Below are positions 27,749 through 39,824 of a DNA stretch of 64,000 nucleotides, one piece after another; the first letter of the stretch is position 1; every line of letters begins with the position of its first letter. Made by a program: the position numbers and the translations under genes. The notes beneath the pieces are model-generated. The model ran no database searches. It was not told the DNA's origin and saw only the letters and a list, made by a program, of their open reading frames with translations. Source of the DNA: Epiperipatus broadwayi (Eukaryota; Animalia; Onychophora). The stretch spans positions 15,562,001-15,626,000 of the forward strand of contig JAQFVV010000008.1 of NCBI GenBank assembly GCA_028023455.1, read 5' to 3'.

Positions 27749-28370
27749 CAGGGCTGGCCTAATAGGTGAGGCAAAGAAGCAACTGTCTCAAAGGCTGAGA
27801 TGGGATTGTTGTAAAAACAAGACATATTTTTAAAAAAATGTATTAAATTAACAGCAGAAAGATACTTAAATAATGCTTAAAAAAGGTTTGATAATATTTT
27901 TAATAGAAAGAATAAATTCCATATTTGTTCCTTAATCAAAAATTTTTCAATGTTTTAAATAAATTTCCTGACTAATACTTTGATGAACAAGTGTATGTTA
28001 ACAAAAATATAAATATGAGCACAGAGAATGGTTTTTTTATCTTAGTTGCAGAATAAATTATTTCTCGAGTAGTCTCAATATGCTGAAATTCATAAGTGAT
28101 AATATAAATTAAATAAAAAAATATAACTATAAAACATTATTGCTGCTTTAAATCAATTTAATTCAACCTGTGCAACATGCTAGAAAAAGATAAATTGTGT
28201 TAAAACTAATATAGCAAAAAAAGCAATAATGTTTAGATATGTTTTGATTTGTTTAAAGCAGATAAAAACAGAGGGTGGATTCTCTGATAACATTCATTTA
28301 TCTATTGCAAAAGTTTTGTTTTTGACAGCCCATTCAAAGAATGTCTTCTTACTATATGTGATCTAACAAC
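27749..28370 (+). mobile_element. Possible hAT-type DNA transposon remnant
   Basis: Starts CAGGGCTGGCC (hAT-like terminus). Peptide NIIAALNQFNSTCATC loosely resembles the hAT dimerization motif. No matching right TIR was found. Confidence 0.25.
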
Positions 28371-28677
28371 TTTTATTTTTTTTTAAAAAATAAAAAAGAT
28401 TAAAACATACTTTTATTTGTATGGTTCTATATTTCTGAAATTTGTTATTGGTAAATATATAGTGTAGAATGATAAAATAAAATAAAATTTTAAGGCAAAA
28501 TAATTTTCTTTCATATTTGAACGTTTTAAATTAAAAATATATTTCCCATTTTTAAATTGTCTAATTTAAATAAGCAATTGTTTTCAGAAAATCTAGATTT
28601 ATGATGGAAGTTGAATTTTTAAGTTAACGTATATAAAAATAATTATAGTTTGATTCTATATAATACAAAATTAATGT

Positions 28678-30300
28678 TCATCATTTTTAATTATTATCAA
28701 TCTATTGAAAAGATCTCTCCATTTAGTCTAATTTCTCTTCTCTCATATGATAGCAGCAAATTTCCTTATTTCTTCCATGTCACATGTATTCTCTCTCTAG
28801 ATCTTTTACAATATCTTTAGATCCCTTTTAAGCCTTCAATTATTCATCTATTATCATCTTTTGTAACACTATCTCCAATATAGTTTCATTTCAATACCAT
28901 AATTCTCTCACCGATTTCAAAGGTAACTAATTGTTGTCTCACCAACATATTTCACTTTTGATCTTTTTTGTTATTCTTAACATGCTTCTTTACCAAATTT
29001 GTTGTGTGATACAAATCTGTATTTTTATTCTATTAAAAGTTCAGGCCACAGATCCATTTGTAAAAACAGGTCAAACAAAACTACTAAATCTTTTCATTTC
29101 AAACACATAAGTATATTTTTTAATATTATTTCTACCAAAACAACTCTATCCAAGCTTTTAATTCTAGGAGTAATTTCAATCATTGTTTCCATGTGCATTA
29201 TAAATATGTTCAAGATATTTGTAACTAGTAATATATTTTTATTCATGATTATCAATCTTTGTTTTATTCTGAGAAAATTCACTAAACATAATTTTAGCCT
29301 TTTTTAGCATTTATTTTTAATAAAAAATTTTATCTGCTAATTCTTGTAACATTTCCTGAAATTTTGAAGCATTATTCTCAAAAACCAACCCTATCACCTG
29401 CAAAATCTAGATGATTTAAATTAAATCCATTTAAGACTTAAAATGCTTCATTTAAAATTTCTATAAAGTTTTGGATATATGAGATCCTAACATAAATTCA
29501 TACCAACATTAATTTTAATGTCACCATGTAATTTAATCTTTGCTGTTGCATTTTGATATTCTTTAGAATTGAAGTGACAATATATTGGGTCTATACATTG
29601 ATAGAAAACTTTAATCACTGTGAAAATGCCTTTTATAATCTACAAATGCAAACATAAGGGCAACTCATACTCATTGATTTTTTCTATACTTCTCTCTTAG
29701 TTTGAATCAAAGTTCAATGTAAATAAGTTATATTTATTATGATAAAGATCTCATATAAAACTAATAGATCTGTAATTTCTAATATCTTCCCTGATAAGCT
29801 TTGTAAAATATCAATATGGCATTTTTCAAATCATCTGATAAGACATTTGGAAAATGCTCTTTAAAAAAAAGTACTATCTCTTGATCCGCTTCTTTTAAGA
29901 TATTAATAACAATTTCATCATTCAATGAAGGTTTTCCCAACTTCATAGATTTAATTGAATGTCTTGCCTATTCACTTAAAATGTTTAGCAATTACAGAGT
30001 TAGTGTTTTCTTGTTCTTTATTACTCAATCATTTGTAGAACTTTTCCCCACATTTCATGATATGATCCTTCTTTTTAATAATAGTTCTACCTTTTCTTAT
30101 TGCTGAAATAACTTTCTATTCAATATTAAGATGCTATTTTTGACTTTTGAGACCTTTCTTTTACAGCTTTCTTTGTCATTTAAATTATATTTTCCTTAGA
30201 TCATTAACTCTTTTTCGGTTTATTTTACATAATTTTGGATATTCATTTCTTCTTACTGGTTTTTTTTTTAATATTTCCATATTCCTTTTCTTTCATATGA
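28678..30300 (-). mobile_element. Second decayed RTE-like non-LTR retrotransposon
   Basis: Minus-strand EDIRNYRSIS, INEYELPLCL-FVDYK.AF and DFAGDRVGF (FADD region); ATGATGA tail at ~28680. Confidence 0.8.
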
Positions 30301-30304
30301 TGTA

Positions 30305-30376
30305 TTATCTTGGACGAATATATTCTCGTAGTTCAAAAAATTCTAATATATAGCAGCCAAAGGCGGTTTTTCTAAT
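30305..30376 (-). CDS. Candidate terminal exon (IRKTAFGCYILEFFELREYIRPR*)
   Basis: Good acceptor (tttaaatttttcag) followed by an open CpG-containing frame to TAA. Product not recognised. Confidence 0.2.
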   Translation of the reverse strand: MRKTAFGCYILEFFELREYIRPR

Positions 30377-31195
30377 CTGAAAATTTAAAAAATTATTTAT
30401 GAATAATAATGTTCCAAAAGCAATTACGTGATCTATTAATAATTTTTATTAAAAAGGCCATGTCCAAAACAAGAAATTATAAAGAAATTATCAAGCTATT
30501 TATTGTAATTAAAGCAACAAATAATGCTCTCATAATTGTAATTTTCTTTTTATTCAGTAAGTTTTTTTTTATTATTATATTTTAATTTATTTTGTTTCAT
30601 TTTATTGCTGCATTGATTAATTTTGATGACATTTTTTATATTATGCATAGAGAAATAACTATTTTTCTAATTTTAAAAATATTTTTATTAATTTAAAACA
30701 TAATTATAAAAATAAAATATATTTTATATTTAATATTAAAAATATGCTTTTGGATGTATTTAAACTTATATGGTACAAAGTAAAATATTTTTTATGTTAC
30801 TCTATAAAGTCAGAAATACAAGCCTTTTTAATTTTACATAATAAAAAATAAATATGTGAATGGCTTTATTTCTTGAGAGTTCATAATTAGTTCAAGGTGG
30901 AATGCCAGAATCAAAATCGTTCCTAAAATCCCATATTCCAGAGTCTGACAATCTCCTATTACACTAAACTGCACATAACATTATTGTCCTTAAAATACTT
31001 TCATTATTTATTTGGATAGTAAAATTTAATGACTAACAAACATGCAAAAAAATAGCCTTATTTTATCACACATTCTATTTATAATTTTTTATTTTTGTGT
31101 GTGTTTTTGAATGAAGATATTTCTTTTTATTTAATATATATTTTTTCTTATGATCTAAGGCTGTCTTCTAGAGATTATTTTAAATAAGATACAAT

Positions 31196-32900
31196 ACTTT
31201 ATAATAAATAGCCCACTGCAAGGCAAAGACCTCTCCAACATCCATCATAGAGAGATAGTAAAGGAGAAGCAGTGTTCACCAACTTTGTTTATTACTGCCA
31301 CATGAAGGTTTGAGTAATTTTCCATTCTTGTTTTATTCTCTAGCTAAGGATAAATAGGTATCCATTTACCAACCAATGTTGTATTGTTTAATTATGTTTA
31401 CTATAGGCCAGATATCTGAGAAAAAAATTTCCAAACCTCTTGAAAAATTTTTTATTTGATCTAGATCTGAATACCCTATCATACACATGATAGGTAGATA
31501 ACTATCTTTGCACCATGAGACCCTTCAGATGATAAAGTTAAATGTTATCCTTAAAATATATATTCTAATAACAATCACTCTGCATTACTATACCCTAGAA
31601 CTGATAGCATTAATAAAAAAAACACCAAGTTGGCAATACCAATCAAATCTCCAAAAACAGTTTCTATGTAATGATTTTTCGTCAATGATTAGTATTAATT
31701 GCTTATTCCATATTTATGAAATTATAATTAATTCTATTTGTGAATTTCCAAAGTTCATCAAAAGCACATTTTTTTTCTTCTCATGTGTCATAGCATCAGC
31801 CGGGAAGTGAACCCGCTAACCCAGGACAACTGCTTGTAAAGCAGCTGTCGCTGATCTCTCGATCACCAATGCTTGACAAAAGCAGATTTATTAAATATCT
31901 AAATATAAATATCAACACTTAACCTTAGTTATATGCTACCTTTATGCATTTTTTATTACTTTGGAAAATGGATAATTTAAAACAAACAAAGCATGCCATG
32001 ATACTCCCTATCTCAAATATTAATTATCTCTATATCAATCTAATTTTATTTATGCAAATATGAATGATAGAGACATCTAGATTCCAGAGTAATTTCTGAT
32101 TATTGGCTTTCATTATTTATCCATATTCATTCAGATAACATCATTATTTTTATTATATTGCTCAAGTTAATGATTTTATTCTGCCTCCTGTCTAAATATA
32201 ATGCATATCTTGACAACTGAACAGAGTACTAATTTTAACAGCAGCATGAAATATTTTCAGTAATGCTTCTAGTGGCATTTTTGATAATTATTTTATATAT
32301 TTACAATAGACAACTAGTTAAACACTACTTGAGTCTATACATGCTCTTGACAAAATAATAATGATAAAATACATACAATTCAGAATAAGTAGATGATTAG
32401 AAAAATCCAAATCTTTATTTCATTTTTATTTGTGAATTTTCAATCATATCTATACAGTTATCTTAATTCAAATTATTTTTTCTATATTTCTCTATATTAA
32501 ATCTCAGAATCTTTCCTAATATATATATATTGTCCACATTTATGTAAATACATAATATCATATTCAGACAAAATAATTAACCAGATTTTTTATCAATTCC
32601 AATTTACAATATTTTCCTATTTATTAAATGCTAATATTGAACAATATTATTCTGACTTTAATCTTTTTTGCTATTCCTTTTTATTACTTATCTAAGTTTT
32701 TAAAATATAGTAATTCTAATTTAAAGTACTATATTTAATGTTTTGAATTTTATTATTTACTTTCATATTATTAATCCTTTATGCATTTTTAATACACAAT
32801 TATATGAAATTCAATATTATTTTTTCTGCAATCATTGCCATAATATCAGCAAAGCAAATCCATTAATCCTTACATTTTAGCTAATTCCTCTTTTCATTTC
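31196..32900 (-). mobile_element. Third decayed RTE-like element, interrupted by a tRNA-like insert
   Basis: Minus-strand FADIMAMIAE (FADD), LKIFHAAVKISTLFSC (post-RT), KWIP, and the typical RTE end GEVFALQWA with a TAT-rich tail. Confidence 0.7.
31793..31872 (-). pseudogene. tRNA-derived pseudogene or SINE head (Ser/Leu-type 5' half; loop reads TAC)
   Basis: 7-bp acceptor stem GCATTGG/CTGATGC; A-box-like TGATCGAG; stem ACAGCTGC-TTTACAA-GCAGTTGT; T-arm CGGG-TTCACTT-CCCG with a degenerate B-box. Confidence 0.6.
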
Positions 32901-33758
32901 TCTAAAATAAATAAGGAGTAGAGTGCACTTTTTGACAATAAATCATAAAATAAAGAATACAGAGACTGATTTATGTATGATAAAGCTTCATTTTAGATGT
33001 CATATAATAAATGTCATCAGGTTATTATGATATGCATTTGAAAAATATTTTATTGTAAAAAAAAACACACATTATTATGGATACTTATTTTCCCATAATT
33101 TGACATAGCTATTGTATTCAGATCCAATTGTAATAATTAAGCACTATTTTTTATTATTTATAGTAATTAATTATTTTTAATCAAACAACTCTGTACTCTC
33201 GGCTAAATAAAAGCAATGCATTCAAAATTTCCATTATTATAACCATTATTAATAATTCAAATATTATACCAATTTAACATCAGTATGGCTTCAAATTTTA
33301 GAAAGCTAATCAAAAATATAGTTTAGGTAGGTTCATAATGTAATAGTATCTAAAGTTTTGCAAATATGAATTAGTTTTGTTTTATTTCATGAATAATAAG
33401 AAATTTTACATTGGGGGATATATAAACAACATTATTTGCTTTTATTAACAAATGTGTTATTTTCAAATTTTAGCATCAAATCTTGAAGCAAAAAGTGTAT
33501 CATACTCATAATGTGTATAATTTTATTAAGGATACTGCTTTTAAATAAATTTGAAGGAACTTTTAAAAATTTCTCCTAGAATACAAAACTGAATTCTACA
33601 AATGAATTGGGAAACAAGTAATATATTCTGTGTTTTTAAATTTTTAAATTAATATTATATAGAACCCTATAGAAAAATGTGCACACTTCTTTCTAAACAA
33701 ATAAATTATTGTCAAGTGTACTTTCATGAGGTGTCTCATAATTATGACTAAAATAAAA

Positions 33759-34150
33759 TTATAAAATTCTCAATTTTGTTAATGTGATAATGTTTAAATT
33801 CCATTCTTTGCAAATATTTATATTGCTATATCTTTGATTGGATAAATTATTGGAGTTTGTGATAAACAATGCTTCCTTTATCCTTCTTTTGTAGTCATGC
33901 CAGTTTTTTTTAAATGATTTATATATTTTCTGAATAAAGGCATGGCCACTTTCTATTTCATGATCTAAAAAAATTCTATTTATATTAGCACAAGATTTTT
34001 TAAGTATGTAAAATTTGTTAATGTTGATCAACTTTAATGCTAAGTAAAATTTGCATCTATGTCCTCAATGTATTTTAAATTGTCATTAGGTTCTATATAT
34101 CTAAAATAATAATCAAAAGTGTGAATTCTTGATCTTTGAGATACTGTCTC
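33759..34150 (-). mobile_element. Penelope-like element remnant (GIY-YIG endonuclease C-terminal half)
   Basis: ORF has H.IESGHAF...YKRRIKEALFI...NNLSN, matching the PLE-type H..GH...R.I.EAL.I...N pattern; a degenerate YIE/YIG region lies upstream. Confidence 0.6.
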
Positions 34151-35089
34151 ACAAGCAAGACAAAGATTCATTAGAAGCAAGGGCATCTAGCAAAAATGCC
34201 AAGAAACTCTCAGAATAGTTTAGTTATGAGAATAAATCAGGGTATTTGCAGACAAACTGATAATATGGTATACAATAATATGCATCCAAGTCAAATATTT
34301 AAAATTTTTATCAAATTGAATGAATGAAAAGACCAATTTATTTATTTTAGAAAACAAGCTAGAACTGATGATTCTAATCAAACAGATTACATCTTAACTG
34401 TTTTACTTACTCAATTGAGAGCAAAACACTTTTCAGTTCAAAAATTTAAAAAAAAATGGCAATTTAGAAACAATGAAAATAAATAAATATTGAATTAGAA
34501 ATAATTAATGTGGAAACTGCCAGCTGAATGTAGTGAAAATAAATCAGCATTTGAATGTCCTTTAACAAATATAACCTAACATGAAAACAAAGGAAAATCT
34601 TTTAAATAATATAATTGTAAAAGATTTTAATTTTGAAATTAAACCTCATAAAATAAAATAAATGCACAACATCTTAATTTTGAAATTAGGCCTCATTTTG
34701 AAGTATGAAGTGTTGTAGAACAATCTATGTGAGAATCATATGCTAAAGTAGAATCTATCATCAGTACCAATTTTTTATAAAGTTAAATGTTCCATAGAAT
34801 AATTTATTTTTGATTTAATATCTAAAATATTGTTACAAATTTGCAAATAAATAATTTAGAGATAAATAAAATTTGTACTATAATTATTACTTATAATATA
34901 TATTTAATACTTTAATAAATTAATATTAACTATTATTATTTTAATATTCTGAAGAACTTTTAACAGTATAATTAATGCAGATTAAAAATATTGTTTATCT
35001 TAAATTTTAAGCATATTTATGAATATTCATAATAAGCATATAAGATACAAATAAAATAACAAACTATTACAAAGTCATTTTTAATAATT

Positions 35090-35520
35090 AATATCGATAA
35101 GCTGGATAAAGGACTCGGATTTTTCAACTGGAAGAAATTCATTCTTCATATTCAAAATGTGGAATTTACTTATAAATTGTAAGATTTGACTTCAAAAGAT
35201 TATGTTTTATGGCATTTGACCTTTACCATAAGTACTTTCACATCAATTTCATGGCAATCTTAAAGACTGTAGAGCTAGGGTAAATATTGTGCATTATAAT
35301 TACCCTGGAACCAGAAATGTATACACATTTATTAATTAAGTAAATATTAATATTAAATACAGAATCCTTAGTCATGCTATATATGACTTGCTTTATTGAT
35401 TATTAGAATCCTTAGTCAAATTCAATGACAACAAACATCATATATCATCAAAGATCAATACAAATTAATTTGGCATAAATGCTTCTGGGTAATTAGGGTA
35501 TCATATAAGAATATATGAGT
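35090..35520 (+). mobile_element. Short decayed LINE RT fragment
   Basis: GF..GRNS..HI and LCFMAFDL-like motifs; the start (ttgataaaggactcg) recurs at ~37967. Confidence 0.35.
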
Positions 35521-38500
35521 TAAGAAAACATTAATATTAAGTACTAATAATCCATCATACTGCTATTTGATATTGATTTTTTCTATTAATTTTAATATTT
35601 TAATAGCTTTTGGAAGAATGTCATTTTTTTCAATTTTCTCTCTTAATTTGTTTTCTTAAATGGTCACTGCTTATTGGTTAGTCACAAAAATACTTATATC
35701 TAAAAGTCATTCTATTATCTGTCATCTATAAAATTCCAGCCTGAATTTCAATATTTAAAAATATTAGCATTGCTTCATAATAATAAATTATATAAAAAAA
35801 ATTGTTACACCAAAATTAATTTTGAAATGTCAATATATATATATACAATTAAATCAGTTTCCAAATCCTTGGAGCTTCAATACTTTATAAGAAAAAAAAT
35901 AACAAGCATAAATTTTAATTTAGTTCAATCATTTACATGTACAACTATATGCATATGGTAATGCAAAAATAAAAGCTTTATTTTATATCAACTTTATAAG
36001 CAAGTGTAATAAGGGAGATGAACAATAACCAAGTGTTATCACTGGACACTATTGTTTAGTGACACCAATGGCTATCAGATTGAAAATTAAACATATATAT
36101 ATACTCTTTACTGTTAATTTCTTTGGAATTTTAAAATTATTGTTTATTATTTATTTGTGTTTAATACTGTTTGTGAAAAAATGGTCCCTTACTTAAAGGC
36201 TCCAAAATTCTTAAATACAAAAATCCATTAATTTTTACTTGTTAAAATCTGCTCTAATAAACATCAAATAATAATGATAATTCATAAGCCTGATTTCATC
36301 TACTTTATTACATTAATCAATAATTCATCAATTCTCATATTGCCTTAATAAATTTTCTTAATAAGAATGTAAAAATTTTGGAATTTTCTTGCAAAATCAA
36401 AGGCCTTATACTTTATCACAATAAGATAGTATGTCTAACTTCCCATCCAAATAAGACTTAAGAATTTTGTAAACAGTTCATAATCTTCTGAATAATGAAT
36501 ATGAGCTTATTCTGTACTTAAGTGTGGTCTTATATTTATTTTATTCACCTGGCAAAGAATAATCTGGTAATATTTGGCTTATGATGCAAATATTCTTAAG
36601 TTCATCATCTTTAATAGTTCAGTAATTTATTTTTTGATTCTTTGGCTTTGTTTTGAGAAAAACTGCTCACATTAAATTTCTGATAGTTATGAAAAACATT
36701 CCTAATACGTCCTTCACAAAATATAAAAAACAAGTTTGCCTACTAGAAAATGTACAAAAACCTGTTGCATAGATCACATCAGATTCAGCATCTATTAACA
36801 CATATCTCCAATAAAGATTATTTTTGGATGCTAAGCCAACAAAACTCTTCAAATGTTGAAAAATTATAACCTGAAAAACAGCTTCTTGTAAGGACTCAAA
36901 AAAAATTATTCTTTCATAAAGACAGTTGAATTTTATCTTTCTAGAATCTAAAACATTAATAGATTCAGAACACATATGATAATTGTTCTTACCTTCTTTA
37001 AAAATGAAATTAACAGCCTTAGACTTATATAGCTAGGTCAAACATAAAAATAAATCACATAATAATGATTATCCAATTTAAATCATTACAATACTATAGA
37101 TATGTATTCGGTTGAAAATATATATATTTGGATTAATTATCTTTGTATATTTATATGCATGTAACTATTTCTGTAAAAATATTATTTAGTTAAAGAAGAT
37201 ATGTAAATGAAATGAGTAGCAGCAGCCATTTGCAAACAAGTATGGCCATTTCAATTTTGAGGCAAAAAAAAAAAAAAGATAAAATGATAAAGCAATAACA
37301 TAAATAATATGCTAGAGATGATTTTCCAAACAACATACAAACTAATCTGTGAACAACAAATGTTATTTCGTGATGCTTTCTTTTGATTTTTCTGAAACAA
37401 ACTTTTTTTTGGAAAGACTTAACATCATGTGCAATTGTGGTTTTTCAAAGTCTTCTATCCTTATCAATATCTTTCCACTTCTTTAGAATGATTTTGAAAT
37501 AATTGTTATATCATAAATGGATTTATCTCTTATAAAAACCATGCCCAACTTCAATATAAATTATTTTTTAAAAAGTCTTGTATTACTTTTTCAATTAACA
37601 TGTTCAATCCAATGACAATGCAATTTTACAACAATGGACTCTGTAGTATCAAATCCAGTAAGCTGAAAAACATATTATCTTATGAACTTGCCATATGTCA
37701 ATAGAGTATTTAAGTATTACTTCAACACAATAAAAGTAGATAAAGTAACAATTCTATATACTGCTAATTAAGTTAAAATAATTATAACCCTATAATGTAA
37801 TGCCATTGTTTTAACTTTTTAAAAACAGCAATGTTTTGGAGATGTGTGCCGATATTATATCTCAACATCTAACATCATTTTTGAATTTTCTATTAAGATA
37901 TTTAAATTGGTTTACATTTCTCAAACAGATAGCCACTCTTTCTGAAGATTTTTCTTCCATCAGTAGTTGATAAAGGACTCGAGTTTTTTGATTATTAATT
38001 ATTAATAATTCTTATATGATGCATTCAAAACTTTAAAAACACTTGTAAACCAACTTTTGAATTTGTAAAAATAGGAAATCCAAGAGCAAATTCTTGTTTT
38101 GTTTGATCAATTCAAATTAAAAATTCCATCATTAACCTTGTATAGCAGCTACCTACAAACAGTTCCAAAAATCAACCATAAAAATCAAAAACAAAAATTG
38201 GATCTAGTACATATCTTTGCTTAATATCACCATTTCCAATCACTTTATCATGTTTTATTAAAGTATGTTTATTAGTATATACATAATATTAAAAAAATTT
38301 TGAAAAATGCAATTTACCAAGGAATATAAATGGTTTATACCTAAAATATGTACAATTAATCTGAAATGTTAAATGTCCCAAAATGAGTTCAAAATTAAGG
38401 AATATATCATGAACAGAAATGAAGGTATTTTTCAGAAACAAGGGGTTGTAGGACTATCTAATTATATCACTAATGTATTTCAATTAAGAAAAGAATTAAG

Positions 38501-38988
38501 ATGTAACCACCAGAATAAACACACCCAAGTCATTTTGTTAGAATGAAATTGATCTTCCTTACCACAAAATTATGTCTGCAGAGGTAAATAAAGCAGAAGT
38601 TTGAAATTCACTCAACACTGTTAATTTGCAGTACTGTATTACACTGGCATTTTTATTCACAACCTTGTGCTATGTCTCCCATTTACAACAGGAGTGAAAT
38701 TAATTTAATTTTAATGTCAGTGAAAAATCATAAATGCAAAGCCATATTCAAATAAATGAAAAAAATAATAAGTTAAACTACTTTTAAATATTTATATACG
38801 GATATTTAAATGAATATAAATAGATCTCTGATATAATTAATATTTCAATATATATAATCAAACATTTTTAATATTTTATAATTATCAATTTAACTCATGT
38901 AGTCAAGATGATATAAACATTGCATATATTGTGACTATTACAAATAATAAAATAAAAACAGTGAGAAATTATCAGTTTCCCTGTTCAC

Positions 38989-39218
38989 TTAAATAAAAAG
39001 ACAAAAGATTTTTGAAAAACTTGTAATGGTTCTTTTAAGATCTTGCCATTTCCACTATTGTATTCTGAAGTATCATCGGACCATTGGGAAATCATATACT
39101 AATTTTGAATATAAATTAAATTTTGCAAAACTCCAGGAATTACTTTTAGAAATAATTTATTTTACATTCAAAACACTTCTATCAATTTCTGGAGACTTAG
39201 CTTCAAAAATTATTTTTT
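38989..39218 (-). CDS. Two candidate internal exons (39166-39218, 38989-39098) encoding a second RRM-like repeat
   Basis: A phase-compatible 67-nt GT..AG intron joins them to give KIIFEAKSPEIDRSVLNYMISQWSDDTSEYNSGNGKILKEPLQVFQKSFVFLF. SGNGKIL...FVFLF parallels SGGGEII...IVVCFK in the 55567-55741 exon. Confidence 0.45.
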
Positions 39219-39824
39219 CTATATAAAAGTTTATTTGATTTTACTTTTGTATAGTTCTTTGCATTTTTATATCCCACATATTTCACTCTATCTATATATA
39301 AAAGTAAGTAATGCAATGAAAAGGTTTAAATCGTGTTAATCATTACCTATGTTAAACACTTTGCTATTATTAATTGTATCTTAATTCAGTACTTATGAGT
39401 TAGACCTGCCATTAAATATCAAACAAGTAAACAATCAAAACCACATCAATCAAAAAAAAAAAAAAGATTTAACATTAGATGTCAATATTTAGAGAAAAAA
39501 AATTTATTTGAAAAAAAAAACAAACACATTTACAATTAAAAAAAAGGCTTTGTAGTGCAAACAATATAAAGTCAAATAATAATCACATAGTATATTATAT
39601 CAATAATTTTAAAGTCTCGTGTTTTTATTTTATATTATATACTAAAAAAAAAGTTCAAACAATATATAACAAAAATACAAACATTACAATAGATACTATT
39701 AATTAAATGTGTTTATTATGTCCTTGCAGGTCTAACGCATAAGTACCCATAATTCGTCAAACTAAAGCTTAATTTAAAATGATTAGGATCTGCTATATAT
39801 AGGTCCAATAATGACATTACCAGC

